A stretch of 63,552 nucleotides of DNA, filler included, from Octopus bimaculoides (lineage: Eukaryota): the NCBI RefSeq assembly GCF_001194135.2. It is 5 parts of 5 records of this genome, joined end to end, with 100 filler letters (N's around TTAATTAATTAA, not from the genome) between each part and the next. Parts side by side here need not be neighbours in the genome. Positions count along the whole stretch, not along the records: positions 1 to 18,546 come from NC_068983.1; 4 more parts are not named here. One strand, 5' to 3'. Within the stretch, counting starts at the first letter, position 1, and the number at the start of each line of letters is the position of its first letter. Of this stretch, positions 1 to 11,171 are shown one piece after another. The notes under the pieces were generated by a model. It was not told where the DNA came from, did no database searches, and saw nothing but the letters and a program-made list of their open reading frames with translations. A program made the position numbers and the translations under genes.

Positions 1-520
1 CGTCTTGTTTATCGTCTTTCGCCTTCATCAAACATATATCAAAGAACACACTTCCTCTGTCCAGGGACAGCTACTTGCTTCTAGCATTTATACTGTTTAC
101 AGATTTAGATTTAGCTAAAGTATTCGGTATTTGTACTATTATGGAAGCATGTAATTATTTAACATCTTGAAAATTGAGTAGCGTTCATATCCGAGTGATG
201 TAGGATTTACTTTATATATATATGCCAGGGCATATAATTATTGAAATAATTGTACTATACACAAAATTTCAGAAGTAAACATTAGACCCATACAAGACCC
301 ACACATCCACAGACTAACCTACTCATTTAAATATGCAAGTATACGCACACATGTATGTATGTATGTATGCATGTATGTATTATGTATGCGTCTATGTGTG
401 CATACATATATACTGGGGAAACGTTGCGCATCGTTTTATGGTGTCACGTGGGGAGAACATGCAAGCCACAGTGAATCTATGCAACCTTTTAATGCATTTC
501 AGTTGATTTAGAGTTATACA

Positions 521-656
521 CTAATTGTGTGTGTTTGTGTGTGTGTAGGTGTGTGGGCATGTGCGTATGTGTGTGGGTGTGTGCGTGTGTGTGTATTTGA
601 GTATGTGTGCGACCGAGCATGCGTGCCTGCGTGTGTCAGTTTGTACAAAGAGGGTG

Positions 657-738
<82 letters not shown>
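521..738. repeat. Compound (TG)n/(AG)n microsatellite
   Basis: Imperfect TG run followed by a pure AG run, read directly. Confidence 0.95.
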
Positions 739-741
<3 letters not shown>

Positions 742-806
742 ACAGATGAGATTCAGAGAAGCTCGATATAGAAAACACTAGTAGCGCCCAAATAATTTGA
801 ACTTAC

Positions 807-867
807 ACTCCGAAATCTTTCCCGAGATCTAAGTCCACGGGTTTATAGAGGGGCCACATGAGGAATC
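807..867 (-). CDS. Candidate 61-nt coding exon of an unidentified gene (G-FLMWPLYKPVDLDLGKDFG-V)
   Basis: Acceptor catatctgccctccag and donor GT|gtaagt. Only one of three frames is open (phase 1 to 2). No homology recognised. Confidence 0.3.
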
Positions 868-1280
868 CTGGAGGGCAGATATGAGTGATAATTATTCAAA
901 TAAATAAAAATATATATATACATGGAAATATATATACATGGAAATAGAGAGAAAACAAAGATTGAAAATCTGAAGTCTAATATTCATGTAGAAATATGTA
1001 GATGTGTATATGTTAACAGGGAATACGTATACAGAATGCGAAAAGACAGGGAGTTAAGCGGAGAATGTTTGGTGATATTAGTCCGTCGGCTCTTTCTTGG
1101 GGCTCGGGATTACTTCATAATGTTGGCAAATGTTCTAAGCAAAAGTGAAGGATATGCAACCAGTAATGGAAGCACATATACGTTAGGTAGACCCGGAAAC
1201 GTCTTCAGGTTTGAGAGATAAGTATATAACCTAGATACTTACTACTTAGAATTAAGCTCCCGAATTGCAATGATATTTAC

Positions 1281-1360
1281 CGAATTTCCAGTTTTGGTAA
1301 CAAACGTTCATTGATTTATTGAGGCTAATAACCGGATCAGTCTTGGGGAAATCAAGAGAC
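1281..1360 (-). CDS. Candidate 80-nt coding exon (SLDFPKTDPVISLNKSMNVCYQNWKF-G), phase-compatible with 807-867
   Basis: Acceptor ccacattcaaacccag (weak) and donor G|gtaaat. Open frame, phase 2 to 1, joining the 807-867 candidate in frame across a 413-nt intron. Confidence 0.25.
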
Positions 1361-2294
1361 CTGGGTTTGAATGTGGTCTTATTGTATGTCATCGACTATA
1401 GTATACCATGTATCTTTTTTTTTTAGTTATTTACCTATAATTAGATAGAGCTTAAATTATTACCAGTGCTTTACCTAGAGATGGTATGTATTTGATGGAA
1501 GCAGTGAATGTTATTTTTTTCTGTCCCTTTAGAAATATATTATTAAAAAAAAAATACCTGTCTTTCTATTGTGATTGAATGTTGTATTCAAAGACATTGC
1601 TTAAATGCTTTCTCTTTTACGGATACATTAAGTGGATCATTTTCGGTAGATTTTTCATAGACTATAATTGTTTCCTATTAGAGCATGTATTTTCTTTGAG
1701 ATGGATTGTAATGCAATCTTTGTCATTGATGTTTCGTACTATGTTAATTAATTTTTCATATATTCTAGACCGGTTTGGTTAGTTCTGTTAACGGTAAATG
1801 TTTGCCACTTCTAAACTTTTGGCTGGTAAGTTTCCTCAATATTCATTTGATTATCTATTATTATTTATTTATTTATTTATATACCCTTGTTATTGAGTTT
1901 CATTGCTGCTGTGTAGGGATTGTATTGTATTTGTTTAATTTAGTTTGATCTGGTTGGTTATTATACCTGTATAAGTGTACTTGCATTATTTCATTATAAC
2001 TTATGGGATTATGTCTTTACAGTTATGTATATGTATGTATATGTTTCCTATTATGTATGAGGCACTAATAAATGTTTATGCTCTATGAAAGGCCTAGGCA
2101 ATATTAGTTGAAAAGTGGGCCATATGAGGCAGGTCCCGTCATCAAACGAACTGCGCTACTAAAAGAAATCAAGGATTTTTTTCATTAGGACTGCTATTGA
2201 GGAATTCCGGTTTGCCCATGATTGTTCTATACTTTGAATACTATTAATAAGAAATGTCAGGCGTCTCACATTACGAGTGTTAATACTGGTAGAA

Positions 2295-2503
2295 GGCAGC
2301 GAGCTGGCAGAAACGTCAGCGCGCCGGGCGAAATCCTTAGTGGTATTTCGTCTGTTCTGAGTTCAAATTCCACCGATGTCAACTTTGACTTTCACCCTTT
2401 CGGCGTCGATAAATTAAGTACCAGTTGCGTACTGTGGTCGATCTAATCGACTGGCTTTCTCTCCCAAAATTTCGGGCCTTGTACCTTGAGTAGAAACGAA
2501 TAT
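2295..2503 (+). mobile_element. SINE family A
   Basis: ggcagcgagctggcagaaacg...gagttcaaattcc (B-box-like)...gactttcaccctttcggcgtcgataaattaagtaccagtt; many copies recur in the window. Confidence 0.9.
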
Positions 2504-2509
2504 TGCGTT

Positions 2510-3170
2510 GCAAGAATTTGAAGTTGATATATATTTTTTCGTTTCACTGGGGATCATTGAAGAAAATACTTCAGTAGCTGAAACTATGGTGCGCCTAGAT
2601 CTTAATATTTTTCAACAAGTAATAGTGGAGTTATTGCATTCATGTATATACAAAATGATTGGTTTTGCGATTGAAGAAGGAATGATAGGTAAAGTTGTCC
2701 TTGCCTATACGGATATCACAATATGCTCTAAATTGGCCAGATACTTTACAGGTTCTGAGAATTTCCATGAGTTTCAAATGAAAAACAAAAACTTTAATGT
2801 CAATTCTCTGGGTAGAACACATGGAGGAAGCGCAGGAAAGGAAACTTACCAAATACGAAGAACTGGAATAGCGGTGCTGCCTGGCAGGCAGGCAGGCAGT
2901 GAGGCAACAGATGTTGAATTTCGAGGTCTTGTAGGACGTTCATTCTTGAAACCTCTGAGTGGACTTATAGTTTTTTTTTTTTTTTTTTGCGGTAAAGAGA
3001 AGGGGTACAAATTCGTTTACAGAAGCTGCAGACAAGACCATTTGGTGTCTTTGGATAAAGAGCGCCGAGCAGTGGTTTGCTGCTTTTAGGATGTAATTTG
3101 GGAGCTGATTAATTCCGGTTGCGTCAATAAAGCTTCAAATGTCACGACAAGGATTTATTTGGATGAAGGT
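2510..3170 (-). pseudogene. Possible highly decayed LINE reverse-transcriptase relic
   Basis: Minus-strand fragments TGINQLPNYILK and YMNAITPLLLVEKY*DLG loosely resemble RT-flanking motifs, with many stops and frameshifts. Weak, by eye only. Confidence 0.3.
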
Positions 3171-4007
3171 AGCAGTCCCATGGACTGAATTATTTATAAG
3201 CATGTTAAGACTTAATCAAGTTGGGACTTAATGTTGAGACAATGTTGGGACTTAATAGTCAGCTCGACGAGGGTGTTTGATGTTTAAAGACACTTAACCC
3301 CCTTAGATACAAAAAATATCACTGACGATGCATCCTACAGCATCCGCAAGATGTATCTAGATATTACACTAATTACATTTATAATTATAATATAACCACG
3401 ATAATGATAATATCATGTTTAGCAATGAGTATCGTAAATTTAAATTCATTATAGACATTAAATTGAGTTGTTTTATAATGGATGTTATTGACATTGTTGA
3501 CAAAGGTTGTTTCATATTTCTAGAAAATTCTACATTTAGCTTTATAAGCATAGCATCAAATAAATAATTAATTATCTCAAAATGTTTTAAAATTTATTCT
3601 TTTGAACTTATAATTACACAAATACGAAAGCATGCTAGAAAGTTTACTCAAGTTTCACACACCCTGTTTATATTGCTGGAATATTTAATTTACTCTTCAT
3701 CGCTAAATATGAAACATCTATATTTGTCATTGTTTCATGAGCACTTAATGTTTACCTGTTTCGCTTTCCTTTTAACAATAATCAAACAAAGTATCACCCG
3801 GTTTTCGTCCTTCTCTTCCACTCTATCTTTCTCTACCTCTCACTCACATTAAATAATACAACGTAGGCAAGTATATGAGACACTGTTAAATGCTTAGGTA
3901 TATGTTTGTGTACATATGTGTGTAAGCGTATTTGAATGCATATGGTTAGCTTGATAAGTAGAAGATCATAGGTTTATATATATGTGCATATCTGTGTGTA
4001 AGTGGGA

Positions 4008-4042
<35 letters not shown>

Positions 4043-4067
4043 NNNNNNNNNNNNNNNNNNNNNNNNN

Positions 4068-4108
<41 letters not shown>

Positions 4109-5184
4109 CTGTGTGTGTTTGAGTCTATGTATGCGTGAGACTATGTGTTAAAATATATAAATCTATATAAAACAGTACATTTAAGCTGTTCAAAAACTAG
4201 AATACTCAATGAAATGTAAGATGTAGAAAATATATAAATTGACCAACTATTGATAGGCAGATTCAGGATGTTTGAGTGAAGCTCATATCACTCATTTATA
4301 TAGTGGTGTATATAAATAGAAAAAAAAACTGTTGTATTACAAAGCTATGACAAAATATATTAATGAATGGAATTGCTATAAAGATGTTAAGAATGCAATG
4401 TATTAAATGGAACAGACTTAACAAGCATTCGAAATGATTTTAGTGGGAAACGTTCTACGTCAGGATACTCCAAAAATGTAGTGCTACGACCTAACTAAAT
4501 GAAGTATAGTTATTTGAGATACGTGAACCAATGAACATAAACTACGCGTACAAGACCGGTTACTTCCCAAAGTAAATAATCCCTCATTCTGATCTATGAT
4601 CTGTAAATAGATTAGTAGGCGAACAAACGATATGAACACCCAGTTAACGTCTGGAAATACCCAGGGTATAAATTTACCAATTGAATGCTTATTCAAGTTC
4701 ATCAAACATCTACCTATGGCTCTCCCAGATAAATTTTCAATGAATATATCTGAGCAAGTTCTGTAAAAGTAGTGTCTCTTATAATAAATTATTCTTGAAA
4801 GTATTTGATGTACAGCGTGTCGGATTTTAAATTGTGATTCCTTCCATTTTTATAACTGCACTAATTGTTAGGATTTAAAACCGGATGCCTTTCGGTATTT
4901 GTTTCGGCGTTTTGCGGTCTGAGATCAAATCACTACATGATATTAGATTTAAGCTATCATCTGGGTGCAAAAGCACCAAGCTCTGGGTGCTTTTATAAGC
5001 TTCGTCTCTGTTTAAAGGATCCAGGTTTATATTGGAGATTAATGACGACATTCTGCCCCTCGTCCACCAATTATAGATGCCTTGAAATCGGTCACCGATG
5101 GCGTTTTCCTCCCGATTAAAAGATTCATACATGTGAATCCATGTAACTTGCATATATTTATGTAAATGAAAATACATAGATGTA

Positions 5185-5600
5185 GCTGTTTGGTAAGAAG
5201 TTTACTTGCCAACAACACATTTCCGTGTTCAGTTCCACTGTGTATCACCTACGGCCGATAACTTCTAATGCTCGGACTGACGGATTCCGCGTGAGTGGAT
5301 TAAGTAGATGGAAAATGAAAGAAGCCTGCCATATATATGTATGCATGCGGGTGTCTGTGTGTGTGTTTCTGCGTGTGTGTCTGTGTTTTTCTGTGTGTGT
5401 ATGCGCGCGAGCGCTTGAGTGCGTGTGTACTGTGTGTATTTTTCTGTCTGTGTTGGCGAGTTTACGTAAGTAGAGGTTCGGCAAAAGAGATCAATAGGAT
5501 AAGTACCAAGCATAAAAAGATCTGTAGTCGATTCGTTCGTGGAGAATCTTTGGTGCTCCAGCATGGCCACAGTCTAAAAAACGAAACAAGTAAATTATGA
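5185..5600 (+). mobile_element. Composite SINE (tRNA-like head C + internal microsatellite + tail B), diverged
   Basis: Head ...gtgagtggattaagtagatggaaaatgaaagaagcc, then a TG/TA run, then tail ggttcggcaaaagaga...ggtgctccagcatggccacagtc...gaaacaagtaaa. Confidence 0.8.
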
Positions 5601-5689
5601 AGATAAAAGATAAAGATGGCTGTTTTATTGTTTCAGTCAGGTAGCTTATCTAAAATTATAAAAAGACTATTCATTTATATTCTGTTATT

Positions 5690-6078
5690 TGTATGTCATT
5701 TGACTGCGGCTATGCTTGGGCACTGTCTTTCGTCGAGAAAATCTAACCAAGGAGTTATTCCCTGTAAGCCTAATACATATTCTATCGTTCTGTTTTGCCC
5801 AACCGCTAATTTACGGGCACGTAAACACACCAGCATCGGTTGTCAAGCGTTGTTGGGGGAACAAACACAGACACACACACGCACACACACACATACATAT
5901 ATACATATATATATACGACGGCCTTCTTTCAGTTTCCGTCTACCAAATCCACTCACAAGGCTTTGGTCGGCCCGAGGCTATAGTAGAAGAAACTTGCCGA
6001 AGTTGTCACGCAGTGGGAGTAAACCCGGAACCATGTGGTTGGTAAGCAAGCTACTTAGCACATAGCTAATCCTGCTCC
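5690..6078 (-). mobile_element. Composite SINE (head C + microsatellite + tail B)
   Basis: Reverse complement of the same architecture: gtcatttgactgcggc...aacaaacacagacac(AC/AT)n acgacggccttctttcagtttccgtctaccaaatcc...aaccatgtggttggtaagcaagc. Confidence 0.9.
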
Positions 6079-7204
6079 TATATGTAAACATATGTTAAAA
6101 GCTGTATATATTCGACAGAGGTAGTATTAATACCGAGGAGTAATATTTATCCCCACTTAATCCGTTTCTGATTTCAATGCGAGAAACTCTTATATTGGCT
6201 ATTTGATACAAAATGCACTCTTGCTTATATCGCTATCGGGAAGATAAATTCCTGCACCCTCCAGCGCCGATATCACCAGGTTACGTGATTTCGACATTGT
6301 CTGGTCTTTTCAACGATGGTCACTTGACCGCTAGTGGTAGCAGCGATTCATCTTCCCGCCAGCGATATATAGATTGACTGTGCCACAACAGCAAGGGCAG
6401 GTGTCGCAGTTAGCTAATTAGCTTGTGAAAAAATATATAAGTGGCAGAGGCAGTATTAATACAGAGAGGTAATATTTATCCCTACTTAAATGTAGATGTT
6501 CTATTAGAACAAACTATGCTCCACTTGTTACCACGAGAGAAAATCTTTTATTTCCGTTTTGGTGCAAATTGCACTCTTTATATCGCTAGAGTAAGTGTGA
6601 CCGTAGAGACGTCACTTAACTTTCAGTGCCCCAGTCCTATTACCCATTATTAGGTGACACAGACTTGTACGGGTCAATACTTGAAACACTAGGCACATAT
6701 TTTATTATCTGTACACTACTTCTAAACGAACACAGAAACATGAAAATGCGCAACAACTGTTATGTGTTGCCATTACCCTTATGCATTTTTCTCCAAGCTT
6801 ATAATTCAACCTATGTTTTTACTAAGAGGTCGTTGCCGTATAGGTTTATTTAGAGGTAAATCATCATAATAGTGATGTATAATCGTAATTTAGAATAATT
6901 TGGATTAGATGTCTATATTTGTTATTTGTTGGTAATTTGGCCGACAGTCTTACATAACATTTCCCTATTCGGAATCATAATTGCCAGCTAATTTACGATG
7001 AGTATACAGAAAGAAATGAATACAAAATGAACGACATCAAAATAAGCAGCAAGAGACACAAGGTGTGAGCGATCTATATGTATATTGTTGAGTATATAGA
7101 GGGAAATAAATGATTAAAGGAGATAGATAGATAGATAGATAGATAGACGCTGATGCAGCATTTGTAATTCGCTTCATATTTCGTTCAGAGATGTATAATT
7201 ATGC

Positions 7205-7258
<54 letters not shown>

Positions 7259-7605
7259 CGCCATTCTTTTATCTTGGTAAGTAATTAACAATAAATACAT
7301 ATATGTACGTATAACTAAATACACATTTATGCATAAATATGCAAACACATGCATATACAAATATATATACATATATAAAGAAATATATATCTATATATAT
7401 GCCGATATATGTACATACACGCCTATATTTGCGTATATATACATATATATATACTCACACGGAAATGTCTGCTAAACAGACACTCGTTTATGTAAATCCG
7501 AATATATATATGTATATATTTGTATGCATATATATAGTGTGTGTGTGTGTGTGAATGTGCAAATATCCATACAATATAAATATGCATACACACAAACACA
7601 CACAA

Positions 7606-7656
<51 letters not shown>

Positions 7657-7734
7657 TATGAGCATATATATGTATATATGTATGTATATATGTGTATATA
7701 AATATGCATATATAAATATGTATATATATGCATA

Positions 7735-7771
<37 letters not shown>

Positions 7772-9002
7772 TATGTGTACATATTCATACATATTCTCAA
7801 AGTGGCATAGGCATATATTCAGTGTATCGTGTGCGAAATGTGATTATATTCTGATGATATAAAATCAAAAACGTAATGAATATATAAATGAATGAGTAGA
7901 TTGATATGAGTTAGGGTAATAATTTATGCATAGGAAGAGAAATTTACCGTAAATTCCCTGAAGGCGGAAATAATCAGTATAAGTGATGCGGCTGTGACTG
8001 CGGTATTTTGTAGTTGTTCTGTTACAAGTAATATTTAAAATATTGATTTCTAATATAGACACAAGGCCACATAATTTGGCAGATGGGTATATTCGATTAA
8101 ATCGAATTTGTGCTCGCCTCGCATTTATTTTATCGACCCAGGGAACCATGAAATGAAAAGAAAAAAACACATCTACAGCGACAGCGCTGTTTGAACTTTG
8201 AATGTAACGCGTTCGAATACTGGAGTGAAGGACCGATCGATGTCTCTCGTGACGTTTTCAACGGTTACGTCAATTCAGCTGAAGAAGTATTACTGATTTA
8301 TAACTTAGGAACAAGGGGCAATAATTTGGCTTAATAATGTGCTGCAGCTTATATTACACCATATAATTCGCTGGTGCCTGTTTTACTGGTGGTATAGTGA
8401 AAAGAAAAATGTCCAAGGTGAAATTGAACTCAGCAAGAAAGGCTGAGATTAAACACGAAAATAATTTTTACGAAGCTCTAATAATCTAGATAAATCACCC
8501 GCTGTGAGTTAATACTAAATATTGTTAACAGAGCACTAGTCAGCTTCGTGACATGTAATGTATTGCATTATTTGTTCCGGATCATGGAGATGTGAGATAA
8601 AATCTAGGGGAAGTCCAAAGTTATTTTCGTTACTTTGTAGTCGATAAATAGTGTAACTGGCAAGTACTGCCGCAGTCATTTCTCGCCTACACCAGCTCTC
8701 ATATCCTGTATTTTTCGTTGCATCAAGGTGAACACACTTAATCTATCTATACGGGTATCAAAGAGAGAAAAACTTGAGTGTATATATATATATATATATA
8801 TATATNNNNNNNNNNNNNNNNNNNNNNNNNNNNNNNNNNNNNNNNNNNNNNNNNNNNNNNNNNNNNNNNNNNNNNNNNNNNNNNNNNNNNNNNNNNNNNN
8901 NNNNNNNNNNNNNNNNNNNNNNNNNNNNNNNNNNNNNNNNNNNNNNNNNNNNNNNNNNNNNNNNNNNNNNNNNNNNNNNNNNNNNNNNNNNNNNNNNATA
9001 TA

Positions 9003-9168
9003 TACGACGGCCTTCTTTCAGTTTCCGTCGACCAAATCCACTCACAAGGCTTTGGTCGGCCCGAAGCTATAGTAGAAGACATTTGCCCAAGGTGCCACGC
9101 AGTGGAACTGAACCCGGAACCATGTGGTTGGTAAACAAGCTACTTACCACACAGCCACTCCTGCGCCT
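9003..9168 (-). mobile_element. SINE head C (tRNA-derived)
   Basis: Minus strand reads aggcgcaggagtggctgtgtggtaag (A-box-like), ggttcagttcc (B-box-like) and ccttgggcaaatgtctt. Confidence 0.9.
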
Positions 9169-10262
9169 CGTATATATATATTTACTGCGCGTAGTATATA
9201 TATATATACTACGAATTCATATGTTTATTTGAGGGACGGATGTAATGGTTCCACTATAGTTACAAGAAATGCAACAGCGTTAGAACGTCTGAAAAACTAC
9301 TTTGTAATATTTGTCCTAGGTCTTTACTTTCTGACTTCAAATCTCGTGGAGGTATACTATGCTTTCATCCATTCAAGATCAAGAAATAAAATACTAGTTA
9401 AATACTGGAGGTGATGGTATACAATTTAAAACACTTTGTGGTATACTTGGGTCATATACCTAATTAGCCGCCCAACTAAAAATATTTTGTGTATTTAGTA
9501 GGCCCTTACTCTCTTATAAGCGTTCGCGCATGAGGTTGACAACATTAGGAGATGTCTTTTATGCAACTAATCGTATGATCAAAGAGTTACAGTGCATTAG
9601 ATACGTTCGACAATTAGTAAGGCAAGTAAGTGTATCTGAAGGAGTAGAGGAGAATATGGATTAGATTCAGTAGAGCTATGGCTAATGTTGAGATGAGAAG
9701 TGTATGTTTGGCAAAGTGGAAACTACACATACACCGATTCTAGTTTCGAGTAAAGAGTGAATCCTTGGAAGCAGAGATATACTGTAAGTAAGATTTTATT
9801 GTCTGGTGGAGATATATGATATCTGGCGGAGATATATGATATCATATATCGCTGCGTCGGTGATATGCTTCCCCATCATCCTTTTGTATTTTGTCTCTTC
9901 TGTTGTGGAGAAGGTAGAAGGATTGAAAAACCGAGACACTTAATGTAATACACGTTATACTTGGACGATATCATCACGTTATTGCAGATATGACGTTAAT
10001 CGAGACTATATTGACAATAAGGAATTATTAAGACCATGCAGCCGGTGAGGTTTAATTGTGCTAAAAATGTTGACAGGGCTTGGAACTATAAGCCTGATTT
10101 AAAATTTTTGAGATGTGGGTCGTCCCAGTTGCTATCCAGCAGAATAGAAACAAATGGTGTAGTTATAAGAAGGTTAACCCGTCTCACACAGAAATTTTCT
10201 GGATAAAAGCTGCTCTTGAATGGTGGAGCAAATATGGTAACCTAATAAATGGGATCCGTTAT

Positions 10263-10418
10263 TACGAAGGGGTGCTGAAATGTTCCTGGCTTTGGATCAC
10301 AGAAAATACAGGAGGATCAGTTAATTATAATTTTATTCAAAATATACTCCTCTCAGTTTCACACACTTTTTGCAGCGTTCCTTCAGTTTTTCTAAGCCCT
10401 GTAAACGAACTCGGTATG
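10263..10418 (-). mobile_element. Mariner 3' end fragment with TIR
   Basis: Minus strand encodes LQGLEKLKERCKKCVKLRGVYFE*, a typical mariner transposase C-terminus. It ends in a TA followed by cgaaggggtgctgaaatgttcctggc, a TIR-like end. Confidence 0.8.
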
Positions 10419-11122
10419 TTAAGAGTCCAGCTAGAATTCTCGCAATACCCTTAAGTCCAGGAACTTTTAAGCAATCCATATTTTTTGCAGTATCGTCCCG
10501 CCTTGTACGTGATTTTACCTGATTTAGGATAGATTTACGGCTACATCCGGAAGAGAAGTATTGCAGTGCATTTCAAATTCTTGCTTCTGTAGTATAGTCT
10601 TTAAGATGTGCTCTGTGCTGACCAAGCGGTTTCATAGATACTAGTTGTCTTATTGCACCAAGATCTTAATTAAGCATAAGTCTATATGTAGAGAATACAA
10701 TTTCTGGCGTTTGTGAGACATTATTTGCTAACATTTGAGAACCAGTAAGAACAAACAATCTCACCAAACTTAAGTATACACTTTAAGGCTTCTATGAAGT
10801 GAGTATGATAAAAGTGCAACATCTAAAAATAGCTGCGTATTAATCTTCGGTAAAATAAGATGGATACTTAAGAATATTTATATGAATCTGCAAGGGCCAA
10901 TATCAGATTGTCGCCACAGTCAAAAGTTCCCAAAATGTACTACCGCTCGTCCATTTTACACATCACAGTCACCCTTCCTCACTGCATGTAGCCTGTATGC
11001 AGACTCCTTTTAAAAAAATAATATAATGAATAACGAACTTAATTGCATGTATATTTCTGATGAATTAAAATATATCAAATGAAATGCATTATGCATTAAA
11101 TTCCAGGATTCCTTCTATAAAT

Positions 11123-11171
<49 letters not shown>

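Noticed and set aside
2508-3089. 193-aa plus-strand ORF
   Set aside because: It begins in a SINE tail, crosses a poly-T run and has no recognisable domain. More likely the antisense shadow of a decayed repeat.
3315-3366. CUGACGA followed by a palindrome-like AGATGTATCT and helix-I-like flanks
   Set aside because: GAAA is absent (GCAA) and the register is off by one, so it is too defective to call a hammerhead.
6115-6600. Two diverged copies of agaggYagtattaatac...atatttatccc...gcactctt...tatatcgcta about 330 bp apart
   Set aside because: An old local duplication or repeat remnant with no coding or structural signal.
7843-7890. CUGAUGA...AAAAACGUA hammerhead-like string
   Set aside because: G12 is missing and helices I and II do not pair; compatible with chance in AT-rich DNA.
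8170-8325. Open frame RQRCLNFECNAFEYWSEG resembling a PAN/apple Cys pattern
   Set aside because: The acceptor is poor, there is no convincing donor and the Cys pattern is incomplete.
9499-10044. Cluster of plus-strand exon-like segments (about 9499-9625 and 9746-9785, and 9988-10044 YDVNRDYIDNKELLRPCS)
   Set aside because: The splice sites look good but the phases do not chain, and no homology was recognised.
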